Positions 13,075-24,647 are shown, counted from the stretch's first letter. The stretch: DNA of 64,000 nucleotides from Mobula hypostoma (GCF_963921235.1 NC_086108.1:83888001-83952000), one strand, 5' to 3'. The notes: generated by a model from the sequence alone, not told the origin. Translations and numbers: made by a program.

Positions 13075-15610
13075 GTCAAGGCATGTCCACATATCAAACA
13101 ATGGCCATGAGATTAATACTCTAACCTATTACAAGGCAAGTACCAAACTTGAACCACAGTCAGTTCCAGAAGATTTAATTATGCTGATTTATTTTCGAGG
13201 GGAATTACACTTCAGTACAGTATTGCATTCCCGCTCTTCAGCTCTTAGATTCTGGCAATAAGAGAAGCCAGGGGAAAGAACAGTTGCCAAATCTATTTCT
13301 AAATATTAAGCACCATTGAAGTTCAAACTTTGTTACAAAAACACTCTTCAGAAAAATCTCTGAAACTGAGCTTATTTGAGATTACTTTAGATGAATCACA
13401 GATTTAAATATTAGAAACAGAAATCTGGATACAAGATCTCACTGTACGCATGTTTGCTGATAAGCTTGTAGTCAACCCACAGCTGAACAGACACACTATC
13501 TCTCTTACACTTAGCAAGATTTTTTTCAAGATGGAGATGATGGTATCATGTGCTCTGGACTAAAAATTGCCATCTCCCACTGACACTATTCTGTTAAGCC
13601 TGGGTTTGCTGATGTTGATGCTTTTTCTGGCTGGAAGTTCTGGTTTTACCGAAGGATTCTCATTACCACTACTCGATGTTTTGTTTTCTTTCTCCAGACC
13701 ACTAGCATTAAAGATGTATGAAAACCAGCAACACCGGCGAATAATTCCTTTAACCAAGAGAATTGCAGTATCAGAAAATACAAAAATGGTCCGAATGGGG
13801 AAAAGTAAGGTAAAATAAAATATGAATAAATAAATTATCAGCAAGTTTACATTTCTGAAAAGAATATAACATTGTCAACATATTATAAATAGAACCATGT
13901 TTTCATTAACCCATCACGGGAGGCCAACCCTTGCAGGATAAGAATGATGTGTGAATTACAAACCGACATTAACTAGAAAAATGAAGCGATTCATTGCAAT
14001 GCTATTATTTGTGATATCCAAAGCTTCCAGGTCAATTTACTCTGCCATTTACCTCCACTGAGCTGTTTTACATTTTCTCTGTTCATCCATTCCACCCCAT
14101 CCCTAAGCATAGTTATTTTACAGAACTTGTTGCCTTTGCAAAACAATTGCCCATTAAACCTGGCATAGTAAGTTTGGATTCCTATTCTATTGTCAAGTAT
14201 CTTTTCAACATGGTGATAGTATGAGGCCCAATCAGCCCAAAAAGGAACAATTTTAATATTTGAGGCTCCTCTCACATTCATTCACATTGCTGAAAATATG
14301 AATACTATTTCTTTATTTTTCCATTCTATTGACATCATTGCAGCGTGGGAGCCATTTCAAAAGAACAAGTCTTGAAAGGAGTGAATCATACTTTGAATTA
14401 ATGAGTGAAAGAATGACATTGTCACCGGGTGGGAGACACTTGTAAAGAACAGGTCTTGTCAGGAGTTTTATCTCAGCCAATAGAAATGGAGGTGCAATAA
14501 ACTTCCGAAAGAACAGACAATGGTAAGGTATCTTTTGTTTTGATTGTGGTACTTGGGCTTGAAGTTGGAACCAAAGGTATAAAAAGCTCGCCAAGAAGAG
14601 ACTGTGTAAGTGACCCAGGTGAGTGCAAAACACAAAGGGTTCAAAGAAAAGGCAGAGGTAAGAACAGGTAAGCTATATTTTTAAAATTGTCAGTCCTTAG
14701 TCCCCAGTTCAGTGTAGTCAAGATAGTCAAGGCAGAGGAATGCTCCTGCTGTGAGATGCGAGATTTCAGGGTACCTGTCTGTCTCCCTAATGATTACATC
14801 TGCAGGAAGTGCACCCAACATCAGCTCCTGACTGATAAAGATCAAGGAACTGTAGCTGGAGGGATATACGCGGGACCATCCTGGCTGCTGAAAATCTCAT
14901 CAGTGAAACTTTCACTAAGGTGATCACACCCAGAGTGCAGACTTCAGATAGTGTATGGGACACCACCAGAAGTAAGGAGGGTAAGCAGTCAATGCAGGGT
15001 TCCCTGTGGCCACTCACCTTAGCAACGAGTATACCCCTTTTGATACTACTGTGGGGGATGGCCTATCAGCAGGAGCCAGGCTACTGGCACTGTGGCCAGC
15101 TCTGAAGCTCAGCAAGGAAGAGCCAAGTTAGGCAGAGTCATACTGACAGATGACTTGATAGACAGGAGATTCTGTGGACGAGAAAGGGACACCAGGATGG
15201 TGTGTTACCACCCAGAAGCAAGGGTCCAGGATGTCTCAGAGCAGTTGCAGAATATTCTCACGGGAGCATGAGCAGCCAGAAGCTGAGGCGCACACTGGCA
15301 CCAGTGGCATGGGTAGAAAGGGGGACAAGGTTCTGCAAGGTAATGGGAGTTAGGAAAGAGGCTAAAGAGCACCCCTTCCAAAGTAGTAATCTTTGGATTA
15401 CTCCTGGTGCCACACGCTCATTGGGAGCAGGAATAGAATGATTGTACAGATGAATGAGTGGCTGAGGAACCGATGCAGGGTACAGGCTGTCAGGTTCTTC
15501 AGTCGTTAGAACCTCATCTGGGGCAGGGCTGACCTGTACAAGAGGGACGGGTTGCACCTAAGTTGGAGGGGGACCGGTATGCTGGCCAGGTGGTTTGCTA
15601 GTGCTACTCA

Positions 15611-16024
15611 TACTCATAGTCATACTTTATTGATCCCAGGGGGAAATTGGTTTTCGTTACAGTTGCACCATAAATAATAAATAGTAATAGAACCATAAAT
15701 AGTTAAATAGTAATATGTAAATTATGCCAGTAAATTACGAAATAAATCCAGGACCAGCCTATCGGCTCAGGGTGTCTGACCCTCCAAGGGAGGAGTTGTA
15801 AAGTTTGATGGCCACAGGCAGGAATGACTTCCTATGACGCTCTGTGCTGCATCTCGGTGGAATGAGTCTCTGGCTGAATGTACTCCTGTGCCCACCCAGT
15901 ACATTATGTAGTGGATGGGAGACATTGACCAAGATGGCATGCAACTTGGACAGCATCCTCTTTTCAGACACCACCGTCAGAGAGTCCAGTTCCATCCCCA
16001 CAACATCACTGGCCTTACGAATAA
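15611..16024 (-). mobile_element. Rex/Babar LINE 3' fragment inserted in CR1 ORF1
   Basis: RKSFLPVAIKLYN ORF; ACTCA at 15606..15610 and 16025..16029 flanks it. Confidence 0.85.
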
Positions 16025-16406
16025 ACTCAGGAGGGTTTAAACTAGTTTGGCAGGGGAATGGGAAGCAGAGCACCAGGTCAGAAAGTGGAAGGATGCAGAG
16101 GAGAGTAAATGTCAGTGCCAGTAAAAACTGGCAGGAGCAAAGTAACAGAAGGGATGGGATGGGTAATCTTAAGTGTGTGCATCTTAGTGCTAGGAGTATC
16201 CTGGGTTAAGGTAATGAACTTAGAACACAGATCAGTACATTGAACTATGATGGTGTAGCCATTACAAAGACTTGGTTGAGAGAGGGACAGGAGTTGGGTG
16301 CTTGATACCCCAGGGATTCAATGCTTTAGAAAAGATAGTTAAAAGAGGGGGGGTGGGTGAGTTGTACTACTGATCAGGGACAATATCACTGCTGTCCTCT
16401 GAGGGG

Positions 16407-17284
16407 TGTTACGAGAATACACATAAAATTAAGATGTTTGCTGGCCTGGGCTAGCATCAGTGGCATCAGCAGTTGGTCTGCCACCTGCCCTCAGGGGAAG
16501 GAGAGATAAGGAACAATGGAGCAGCGTCTGGAGATGTGTAATGAAGGGATGTGGGAGGAAGAGCTGTCTGGAGCGGCTCCCCCCTTTGAGCCCTGAACTG
16601 TTTGAAGTGATGGACAGGCGATACCCCAGCAGGGGGATAAAAAGGGACAGGTTCGCTAAGACACACACACGCCACCCGAGGTAACGAGACCCTGGAAGCG
16701 GTGCGCTTCTCACGAGTGGGTGAGAAGTGCCAGACAACGACAAGGGTGGAAAGGTACGATCAGCGGGAACCCGGTGTGTGTCCGCCCTTGCCTGGGTGCC
16801 GGGTTCACTGCAGAGGATCGACCGCATCTGGAGGAGGGGTCACAGTCGGTGACCTCAGGTGACATCACCAAGGACCCGCCCAAAAGCTGTTTGTGAGCCA
16901 TCTCGCTGGTCTGTGAGCCATCCTGCTGGTCTGTGAGTGAAGCCGTTCTGAATGATGAGTTGTTCCTATTCTATCTCTCTCTTCCCCCACATTGTCCATC
17001 GCCATGGCAACGATTACTGCGAACTGAACTACTAAACTGGACTGAACTTTGAGTCATTTTGAAATTGGTCATTTACCCCTAGACAACGATAGAGCTTGAT
17101 TGATGCTGTTATCTTAATTCTGTGCACATGTGTGTTTATCATCACTGAACTGTTGCATTTATTAACCTTTCGATTACTGTGTTGCTTGTTTCCTTAATAA
17201 AACTTTCTTAGTTCTAGTACTCCAGACTCCAACTGAGTGATCCATTTCTGCTGGTTTGGCAACCCAGTTACGGGGTACGTAACA
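16407..17284 (+). mobile_element. Solo LTR (878 bp)
   Basis: Termini TGTTACG...CGTAACA (7-bp inverted), 4-bp TSD GGGG (16403..16406 / 17285..17288), AATAAA at 17196, no internal coding region. The CR1 EN sequence resumes on the other side. Confidence 0.9.
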
Positions 17285-18316
17285 GGGGACATAATGGAAG
17301 GCTCATCCACCAAGTCTATATGTTTAGAACTCAAAAATAGGAAGTCTACAATCACTCTGATGGTATTGTACTACAGACCACCCCCCCACCCCCCCCCAAC
17401 CCCCCGCCAGTAGCCACCAGGGCAATGAGAAACAAATATGCAGCCAGATTAAGGAAAGGTGTAAAAACAATTGGGTTGTTGTCATAGAGGACTTCAATTT
17501 ACTTCTTAGTGGATTAGATAAAGCAAAATTTGTTAGGTGCATCCAGTGGGGTTTCTTCAATCAATATGTGGATTAGTCCAACATTTACATATTGGGTTGT
17601 ACTGGATCTGGTGTTGGGTAATGAACCTGGCCAGATGACAAAACCTTTCAGTGGGCGAGTAGTTAGGGAGGACCGATCACAACTCCTTAATATTTAAGGT
17701 AGTTATAGATAAAGATAATCATGGACCTTGCAGGAGAGTATCAAACTGGAGTAGGGCAAATTAAGGGAGCATTAGGCAGGGACTAAGAGTTCAGTGGGAA
17801 CAGTTGTCTTTTGGCAAGTCCACATCTGATATCAGGAGGTTGTTTAGAGACCAGCTGCACAGAGTACGGGACAGTTATGTTCCAGTCAGAAGGAAGGACA
17901 AGGATTGCAGGGTAAGATAACCTTGGATGTTGAGGGAGGTGATGAATTTAGTCAAGAAGAAACAGGAAAAGTATATTAAGCTTAGGAAACTAGAATCAAA
18001 CAGAGCCTTCAAGGAATATAAAGAACTCAGGATCATGAATTAGGAGAGCCCAGAAGGGCCATGAGATATCTTTGATAAACAGGATTAAAGAGAATCCCAA
18101 GGGATCCTATACATCTGGAACAAGGGAATAACTTGGGAGAGGGTGGTACCACTCAAGGGTAAAGGGGGAATGTTTGAATGGATGTGAAAGATGTGGGTGA
18201 AGTCCTTAATTCAGTATTTACCAAGGTGAGGGATGTGGAGGTCGGTGTCAAGAATATTGACATGCTAGGGCATTTTGAAGTAAAGTAGGAGGTAGTGCTG
18301 GGTCTCTTGAAGAGCA

Positions 18317-18517
18317 ACCTGTCAGTAGAGGAGGCCATGGACTGACATGTTGGAATGGGAATGGGAAGTGGAATTAAAATGGGTGGCCACTGGGAGATCC
18401 CATTTTTTTTCTGGTGGATGGTGCTTAGCAAAGCAGTCTCCTAATCTATGTTGGGTCTCACTGATATACAGGTGGCCACATCAGGACCATTGGATGTAGT
18501 AGATGAGCCCAACAGAG
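18317..18517 (-). mobile_element. Penelope-like GIY-YIG fragment
   Basis: Matches the GIY-YIG coding segment at 20503..20880 (HFNSTSHSHS). Confidence 0.75.
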
Positions 18518-18604
18518 TTTGTGCAGGGCACGTTGTATCTATTTAAACTTGATTGAGTTTTTTTTGATGAGGTGATGAGTGATTGATGAAGATGAAGCTG
18601 TGGG

Positions 18605-19999
18605 TTAGTTCTTCGGCAGTTTGAACGGGGCACGACTGTGCAAGCACTTGGAGGTTGGCCAGTGAGAACAGCAGGAAAAGTTTAAAAGGAAGGCAGATTT
18701 ACAGAGCGGGCATCAGAGTAGTGGGAGACAGAGTAGGAAGGCTTTGGCGATAAAGGGTTGAGGCCAGGTAGGTTATCTATTTAAAATAAAGACAGATAGT
18801 ATGTGTGTGAGGCCGGTTTTCTGTGCTCTGTGTCAGATGTAGGAAGTCCTACAGACTCCCGGCCTCCCGGACGACCACATCTGCACCAGGTGCATCGAGC
18901 TGCAGCTCCTTAGAGTCCACGTTAGGGAACTGGAGCTGCAGCTGGATGACCTTCGTCCGGTCAGGGACAGTGAGGAGGTGATAAGAGAGGAGCTATAGGC
19001 AGTTAGTCTCCCCGGGACCACAGGAGACAGAGAAGTGGGTAACAGCCAGGAGAGGGAAGAGAAAGAGGCAGGCACTAGAGACATGGAAAGGATGGTATGG
19101 TACAAGATCCGTGGTGCACAAAGGCTGTTGTAAGTCTCGTCAAGAAGAAAAGAAGAGCTTACGAAAGGTTCAAAAAACTAGGTAATGATATGAATCTAGA
19201 CGATTATAAGGCTTGCAGAAAGGAGCTTAAGAACGAAATTAGGAGAGCCAGAAGGGGCCATAAGAAGGCCTTGCTGAACAGGATTAAGGAGGATCAGAGG
19301 GATTTTGGGGTCCGAGTCCATAGGACACTCAAAGCTGCTATGCCGGTTGACTCTGTGGTTAAGAAGGCATACAGTGTATTGGCCTTCATGAATCGTGGAA
19401 TTGAGTTTAGGAGCCGAGAGGTAATGTTGCAACTATATAGGACCATGGTCAGACCCCACTTGGAGTACTGTGCTCAATTCTGGTTGCCTCACTATAGGAA
19501 GGACGTGGAAATCATAGGAAGGGTGCAGAGGAGATTTACAAGGATGTTGCCTGAATTGGGAAGCATGCCTTATGAGAATAGGTTGAGTGAACTCAGCTTT
19601 TTCTCCTTGGAGTGACGAAGGATGAGAGGTGACTTGATGGAGGTGTATAAGAAAATGAGAGGCATTGATCGTGTGGATAGTGAGAGGCTTTTCCCCAGGG
19701 CTGAATTGGCTAGCACGAGAGGGCATAGCTTTAAGCTGCTTGGAAATAGGTACAGAGGAGATGTCAGGGATAAGTCTTTTTATGTAGAGAGTGGTGAGCG
19801 TGTGGAATGGGCTTCCCGCAGCGGTGGTGGAGGTGGAAATGATAGGGTCTTTTAAGAGACTCCTGGATGGCTGCATGGCTGCTTAGAAAAATAGACAGCT
19901 ATGGGTAAAGCCTAGGTAGTTCTAAGGTAGGGACATGTTCAGCATAGTTTTGTGGGCCGAAGGGCCTGTATTGTGCTGTATGTTTTCTATGTTTCTATG
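18605..19999 (+). mobile_element. Internally deleted CR1 retaining both ends
   Basis: 5' UTR, ORF1 zinc finger (CALCQM...HICTRC), a jump to an ORF2 tether piece, a jump to the RT C-terminus, then a (TTTCTATG)n tail. It sits inside the host CR1 RT (AV|VCIDFSKAFD). Confidence 0.8.
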
Positions 20000-20072
20000 T
20001 TGTCTGCATAGATTTTAGTAAGGCATTTGACCAGATCCCTCATGGAAAGCTCATCCAGAAGATTAAAACGCA

Positions 20073-21093
20073 AACAACAGGAATTCTGCAGATGCTGGAA
20101 ATTCAAGCAACACACATCAAAGTTGCTGGTGAACACAGCAGGCCAGGCAGCATCTCTAGGAAGAGGTACAGTCAACGTTTCAGGCCGAGACCCTTCGTCA
20201 GGACTAACTGAAGGAAGAGTTAGTAAGAGATTTGAAAGTGGGAGGGGGAGGGGGAGATCCAAAATGATAGGAGAAGACAGGAGGGGGAGGGATGGAGCCA
20301 AGAGCTGGACAGGTGATTGGCAAAGGGGATATGAGAGGATCATGGGACAGGAGGTCCAGGGAGAAAGACAAGTGGGGTGGGGGGAGCCCAGAGGATGGGC
20401 AAGGGGTATAGTCAGAGGGACAGAGGGAGAAAAAGGATTGTGAGAGAAAGAATGTGTGTATAAAAATAAATAACGGATGGGGTACGAGGGGGAGGTGGGG
20501 CCTTAGCGGAAGTTAGAGAAGTCGATATTCATGCCATCAGGTTGGAGGCTACCCAGACGGAATATAAGGTGTTGTTCCTCCAACCTGAGTGTGGCTTCCT
20601 CTTTACAGTAGAGGAGGCCGTGGATAGACATGTCAGAATGGGAATGGGATGTGGAATTAAAATGTGTGGCCACTGGGAGATCCTGCTGTCTCTGGCGGAC
20701 AGAGCGTAGGTGTTCAGCAAAGCGGTCTCCCAGTCTGCGTCGGGTCTTGCCAATATATAAAAGGCCACATTGGGAGGACCGGACGCAGTATATCACCCCA
20801 GCCGACTCACAGGTGAAGTGTCGCCTCACCTGGAAGGACCGTCTGGGGCCCTGAATGGTGGTAAGGGAGGAAGTGTAAGGGCAACTCCCTTGTCCATTTG
20901 TCCCCCCCATCCCTCCCCACTGATCTCCCTCCTGGCACTTATCCTTGTAAGTGGAACAAGTGCTACACGTGCCCTTACTAACTCTTCCTTCAGTTAGTTC
21001 TGACAAAGGGTCTCGGCCTGAAACGCCGACTGTACCTCTTCCTAGAGATGCTGCCTGGCCTGCTGCATTCACCAGCAACTTTGATGTGTGTTG
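20073..21093 (-). mobile_element. Penelope-like element (GIY-YIG endonuclease 3' part) with inverted terminal repeats
   Basis: ORF contains GVIYCVRSSQCGLLYIGKTRRRLGDRFAEH...EQHLIFRLGSLQPDGMN. TSD CCAGAAGATTAAAA(C/T)GCA at 20055..20072 / 21094..21111. Confidence 0.9.
20169..20206 (-). ncRNA. Minimal type-I hammerhead ribozyme motif (Penelope-associated)
   Basis: TAGTC-CTGACGA-AGGGTCTCGGCCT-GAAA-CGTT-GACTG: stem I AGTC/GACT, CUGANGA core, stem II hairpin, GAAA, palindromic AACGTT, GUU cleavage triplet. Confidence 0.7.
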
Positions 21094-21574
21094 CCAGAAG
21101 ATTAAAATGCATGGGATCATTTGTGACTTGGCCATTTGGATTCAGAACGGGCTTGCCCATAGAAGACAGAGGGTGACGGTTGAAGGGATTTATTCCAGCT
21201 TCATGTCTGTCATTAGTGGTATTCTGCAGGGATCTGTACTGGGATCACTACTGTTTGTGATCTATATACCGTAAATGACATGGATGAAAATGTAGATGGG
21301 CAGCTTAATAAGTATGCATATGATACAATGATTGGTGGTATTCTGTATAACGTGGATGACTGGCAAAAGAATACAGTGGGATATAGATGAGTTGCAGATA
21401 TATGTGGAAAAATGTCAAATGGAGTTTAACTCAGCCAAATGCAAAGTGTTGTACCTTGGTAGGATAAATAAAATAGACAGTCCACTGTTAAGGCCAAGAC
21501 CCTTAGCAGTACTGATGAGCAGAGGGATCTTTGAGTCCAAGTTCATAGCTTCCTGAAAGTGGCTACACAGGTTC

Positions 21575-21704
21575 CATGAAGGGTCTCAGCCCGAAACGTC
21601 AACTACACTCTTTTCCGAAGATGCTACCTGGCCTGCTGAGTTCCTGCAGCATTCTGTGTGTGTTGCTTGGATTTCTAGCATCTGCAGATTTTCTCTTGTT
21701 TATG
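21575..21704 (+). mobile_element. Penelope terminal-repeat mini-insertion starting inside the hammerhead motif
   Basis: ATGAAGGGTCTCAGCCCGAAACGTC...; TSD ACACAGGTTC 21565..21574 / 21705..21714. Confidence 0.8.
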
Positions 21705-22016
21705 ACACAGGTTCAAAGTAAATTTACTATTGAAGTACATGTATGTCTCCATATACAAACCTGAGATTCATTTTCTTGCAGGCATTCACAGTAAATACAA
21801 GAAACACAATAGAAATAATTAAATACCACATCCAACAAAGGCAATGATCAATGGGCAAAAAAAAAGCAACAAGCTGCAAATAGGGTGGTTAAGAAGGTGT
21901 ATGGTATTCTTGCCTTGATTAGTTGAGGCATTGATTTCAAGAGTCTACAAGTTATGTTGCAGCTTTATAAAAACTCTAGTTAAGCCACATCTGGAATACT
22001 GCATAGAGTTCTGGTG

Positions 22017-22257
22017 ATACACATCAACATTGCTGGTGAACGCAGCAGGCCAGGCAGCATCTCTAGGAAGAGGTACAGTCAACGTTTCAGGCCGAGACCT
22101 TCGTCAGGAGTAACTGAAAGAAGAGCTAGTAAGAGATTTGAAAGTGGGAGGGGGAGGGGGAGATCCTCTTCCTAGAGATGCTGCCTGGCCTGCTGCGTTC
22201 ACCAGCAACGTTGATGTGTGTTGCTTGAATTTCCAACATCTGCAGAATTCCTCGTGT
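22017..22257. mobile_element. Fold-back Penelope mini-element
   Basis: About 55-bp internal inverted repeat (22019..22073 vs 22165..22219); TSD TAGAGTTCTGGTG 22004..22016 / 22258..22270. Confidence 0.85.
22076..22112 (-). ncRNA. Hammerhead ribozyme motif, core intact
   Basis: TACTC-CTGACGA-AGGTCTCGGCCT-GAAA-CGTT-GACTG; one stem-I mismatch. Confidence 0.55.
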
Positions 22258-23374
22258 TAGAGTTCTGGTGGCCGCCTTTTAGGAAGCATTTCGAGGCTTT
22301 GAAGAGAGTGCAGAAGTTTACTATGATGCTATCTGGATTAGAGGACGTGCTATAATGAGAGGTTGGACAAACTTGGATTGTTTTCTGGAGCGGCAGAGGC
22401 CAAGGAAGCTGATAGAGGTTTATAAGATTATGAGAGGCATTGATAGAGTAAACAGTATCATTTTCCCAGGGCTGAGATGTCTAATAGCAAAGGACGTGCA
22501 TTGGGAGGGGGGTAATTTCAAAGGAGATGAGGGGCAAGTTATTTTTTCCCCCACAGAGTGGTGGGTGCCTGGAGTTCTCTATCTGGGGTGGTGGTGCAGG
22601 TGGATACTTAAGGGACTCTTAAGAGAGATAGTGACGTGTAGGTAGAAGAGATTAGATTAGCCATTTGATTACTAATTTAATTGATTTGACACAACATTCT
22701 GTGCCGTACTGTTCTATGGTTAACATCTCCATCCACCAACACACTCCAGCACATCTCCACCACAACTACTTCATCATTTCCTGTCAGAATCACCTTGTAT
22801 ACAGACACTGCTCTGCCTAGTGTCACCTTAAGGACATGCAATAAATCTAAGTATATAAGCTATCTCATTTATTTATTGTTAGTGTTTTTTTTAAATTATT
22901 GTTCTTTGTCATATTGGGGTGTTTTTCTGTGCTGCATTGGATCCAGAGTAGCAAAGATTTTCTTCTCCTTTACATTTACAGTTGTGCTGGAAATGACATT
23001 AAACAATCTTGAATTTTAGATCTATTGGTTTGCTGGCATCCATGAAATAGAGACATCAAGTCAACATCCTTGTGAAATAATAGACCTCCACCAGCGTGCA
23101 TTGAAACAACGAACTAAATAAATGCAGGACCCTGGACAAAGGCAGGTACATACCCAGTGGTAAAGGAACCATTATTCTCTTCAGCAGCTGGCTCGCTTTC
23201 TCCAAACCCAGGAGAACCAGCAGCGTCCCAATAATTTTGTTCCTTGCCACACTGCTCCAAAGCCAGTAGAATAGAAAAAGGAAAAGGAATTCAGAGATTC
23301 AGCATGATAACAGGCCCTCCCAGTCCATTAGTCCACACAGCCTAGTACAACCATGTGACCAACTGACCTCCTAA

Positions 23375-23878
23375 AGCCTGATTTATACTTCTGCGTTAAC
23401 TCGACGCCGTAACCTACGCAAGTGACTTGCGCGAGTTGTGAGCATTTATACTTGTGCATTGGTGTGTCTGCGTCGCTCTGCAATTCGGGCACCTCACACA
23501 TGTGCACGCACCTGCCCGTGCAAGGCTTCATAGCCATGGTAGGCTTTCTCATGGTAAACAAAAAGCGAGCGTCTTTTTTCATAAAAGCGAAATATGTCCT
23601 CCATAATTTCGGAGGTCTGTAAAGCTTTATGGAAAGCATTGCAGCCAGAGTTCCTTCCCTGCCCTTCAGTCGCCCAATGGGAAGCTATTGCAACATGGGA
23701 TGAAATGCAATGCTACCAAGCACAATTCTTCAGTGCTATGACGCACGGTTACATTTTGGGAGAGGTGGGTGTCGCAGCAATGCAGGCTGTGGCGTAGGGA
23801 TCCGCGTCAGCTTTGCGTAGGGTTTGCGGCGACACAGTACTTATGGCGTCACGTTGACGCAGAAGTATAAATCAGGCT
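23375..23878 (+). mobile_element. PIF/Harbinger non-autonomous transposon (504 bp)
   Basis: TIRs AGCCTGATTTATACTTCTGCGT / ACGCAGAAGTATAAATCAGGCT, 3-bp TAA TSD, internal transposase remnant [32 protein letters not shown]. Confidence 0.9.
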
Positions 23879-24069
23879 TAACCTGTACATCTTTCGGATG
23901 TGGGTGGAAACCCATGCAGTCAAGGGGAGAACATACTGCTGTGAAGTGAACAAAGTCCTCAAAGAGACACAGCTAGTAGATATAAAGTTGTCTTTTTATT
24001 CAATATACACACTCACAAATAAGCTAACAGCCTTTTAGGGTGAGAGAATATATATATTTCTGTAGTTAC

Positions 24070-24640
24070 AGGCATGGTAGTGTAGTGGTTTACAGTACAG
24101 GCAACCTGAGTTCAATTCCAGACACCGCCTGTAAGTTAAAGTTAATGTCTGTCCCGACTAGGCTCACCAGGCCAATGCTTGTGCTGGTTTCCGTGGCGTG
24201 AAGCGACTGAGAGTACAAGACTCCCCCCTCCCCCCTCCCCCCCCCAGATAGGACACCTGTCTATCGCGAGGTTAACCCCCAGCATTTTGCCAGTACCCAT
24301 TTTCAGCTGGGTGGACTGGAGCAGTGTGTGGTAATTGCCTTGCTCAAGGACACAACACGCTGCCTCGGCTGGGGCTCAAACTCACGGCCTTCAGATCGCT
24401 AGTCCAACGCCTTAACCACTTGGCCACGTGCCACACTACCGCCTGTAAGGAGTTTGTACATTCTCCTCGTGACCGCATTGGTTTCCTCCTGCAGTCCAAA
24501 GACATACCGGTTGGTAGGTTATCTGCTCATTGTAAATTGTCCCGTGATTAGGTTAGTGTTAATCTGGTGGGTTGCTGTGCGGCCTGGTTCGAAAGGCCGG
24601 AAGGGCCTACTACACGCTGTATCTCAAATGAGTAAAAAAT
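24070..24640 (+). mobile_element. HE1-like V-SINE, interrupted by another SINE
   Basis: A-box TAGTGTAGTGG, B-box GAGTTCAATTCC, V-domain GGAGTTTGTACATTCTCC, CR1-like 3' end GGCCGGAAGGGCC. Confidence 0.75.
24136..24437 (-). mobile_element. tRNA-headed SINE with Meta/CORE-like central domain
   Basis: A-box TGGCCAAGTGG, B-box GTTTGAGCC, GTGTCCTTGAGCAAGGC...GTCCACCCAGCTGAAAATGGGTAC; TSD ACCGCCTGTAAG 24124..24135 / 24438..24449. Confidence 0.85.
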
Positions 24641-24647
24641 AATCACG

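Larger units (their letters stand above)
14690..22720 (+). mobile_element. Old near-full-length CR1 LINE (ORF1 zinc finger plus esterase, ORF2 EN-RT) hosting multiple nested insertions
   Basis: ORF1 CSCCEM...YICRKC and LYKRDGLHL, ORF2 EN (LKCVHLSARSI, YYRPP), RT (DFSKAFD, QGSVLG) and the 3' end appear colinearly between the inserts. Confidence 0.85.

Noticed and set aside
13560..13844. ORFs at 13560..13844 as an upstream coding exon
   Set aside because: No ATG-initiated frame reaches the candidate donor at 13508 without a stop, and there is no recognisable homology.
20503..21135. 210-aa ORF as an intact nuclease gene
   Set aside because: It is a chance read-through across CR1, an inverted terminal repeat and an inverted segment into the GIY-YIG fragment; no RT is attached.
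24360..24437. tRNA gene (also 37850..37925 and 52941..53010)
   Set aside because: These are tRNA-derived SINE heads followed by SINE bodies, two with TSDs; no convincing full cloverleaf.
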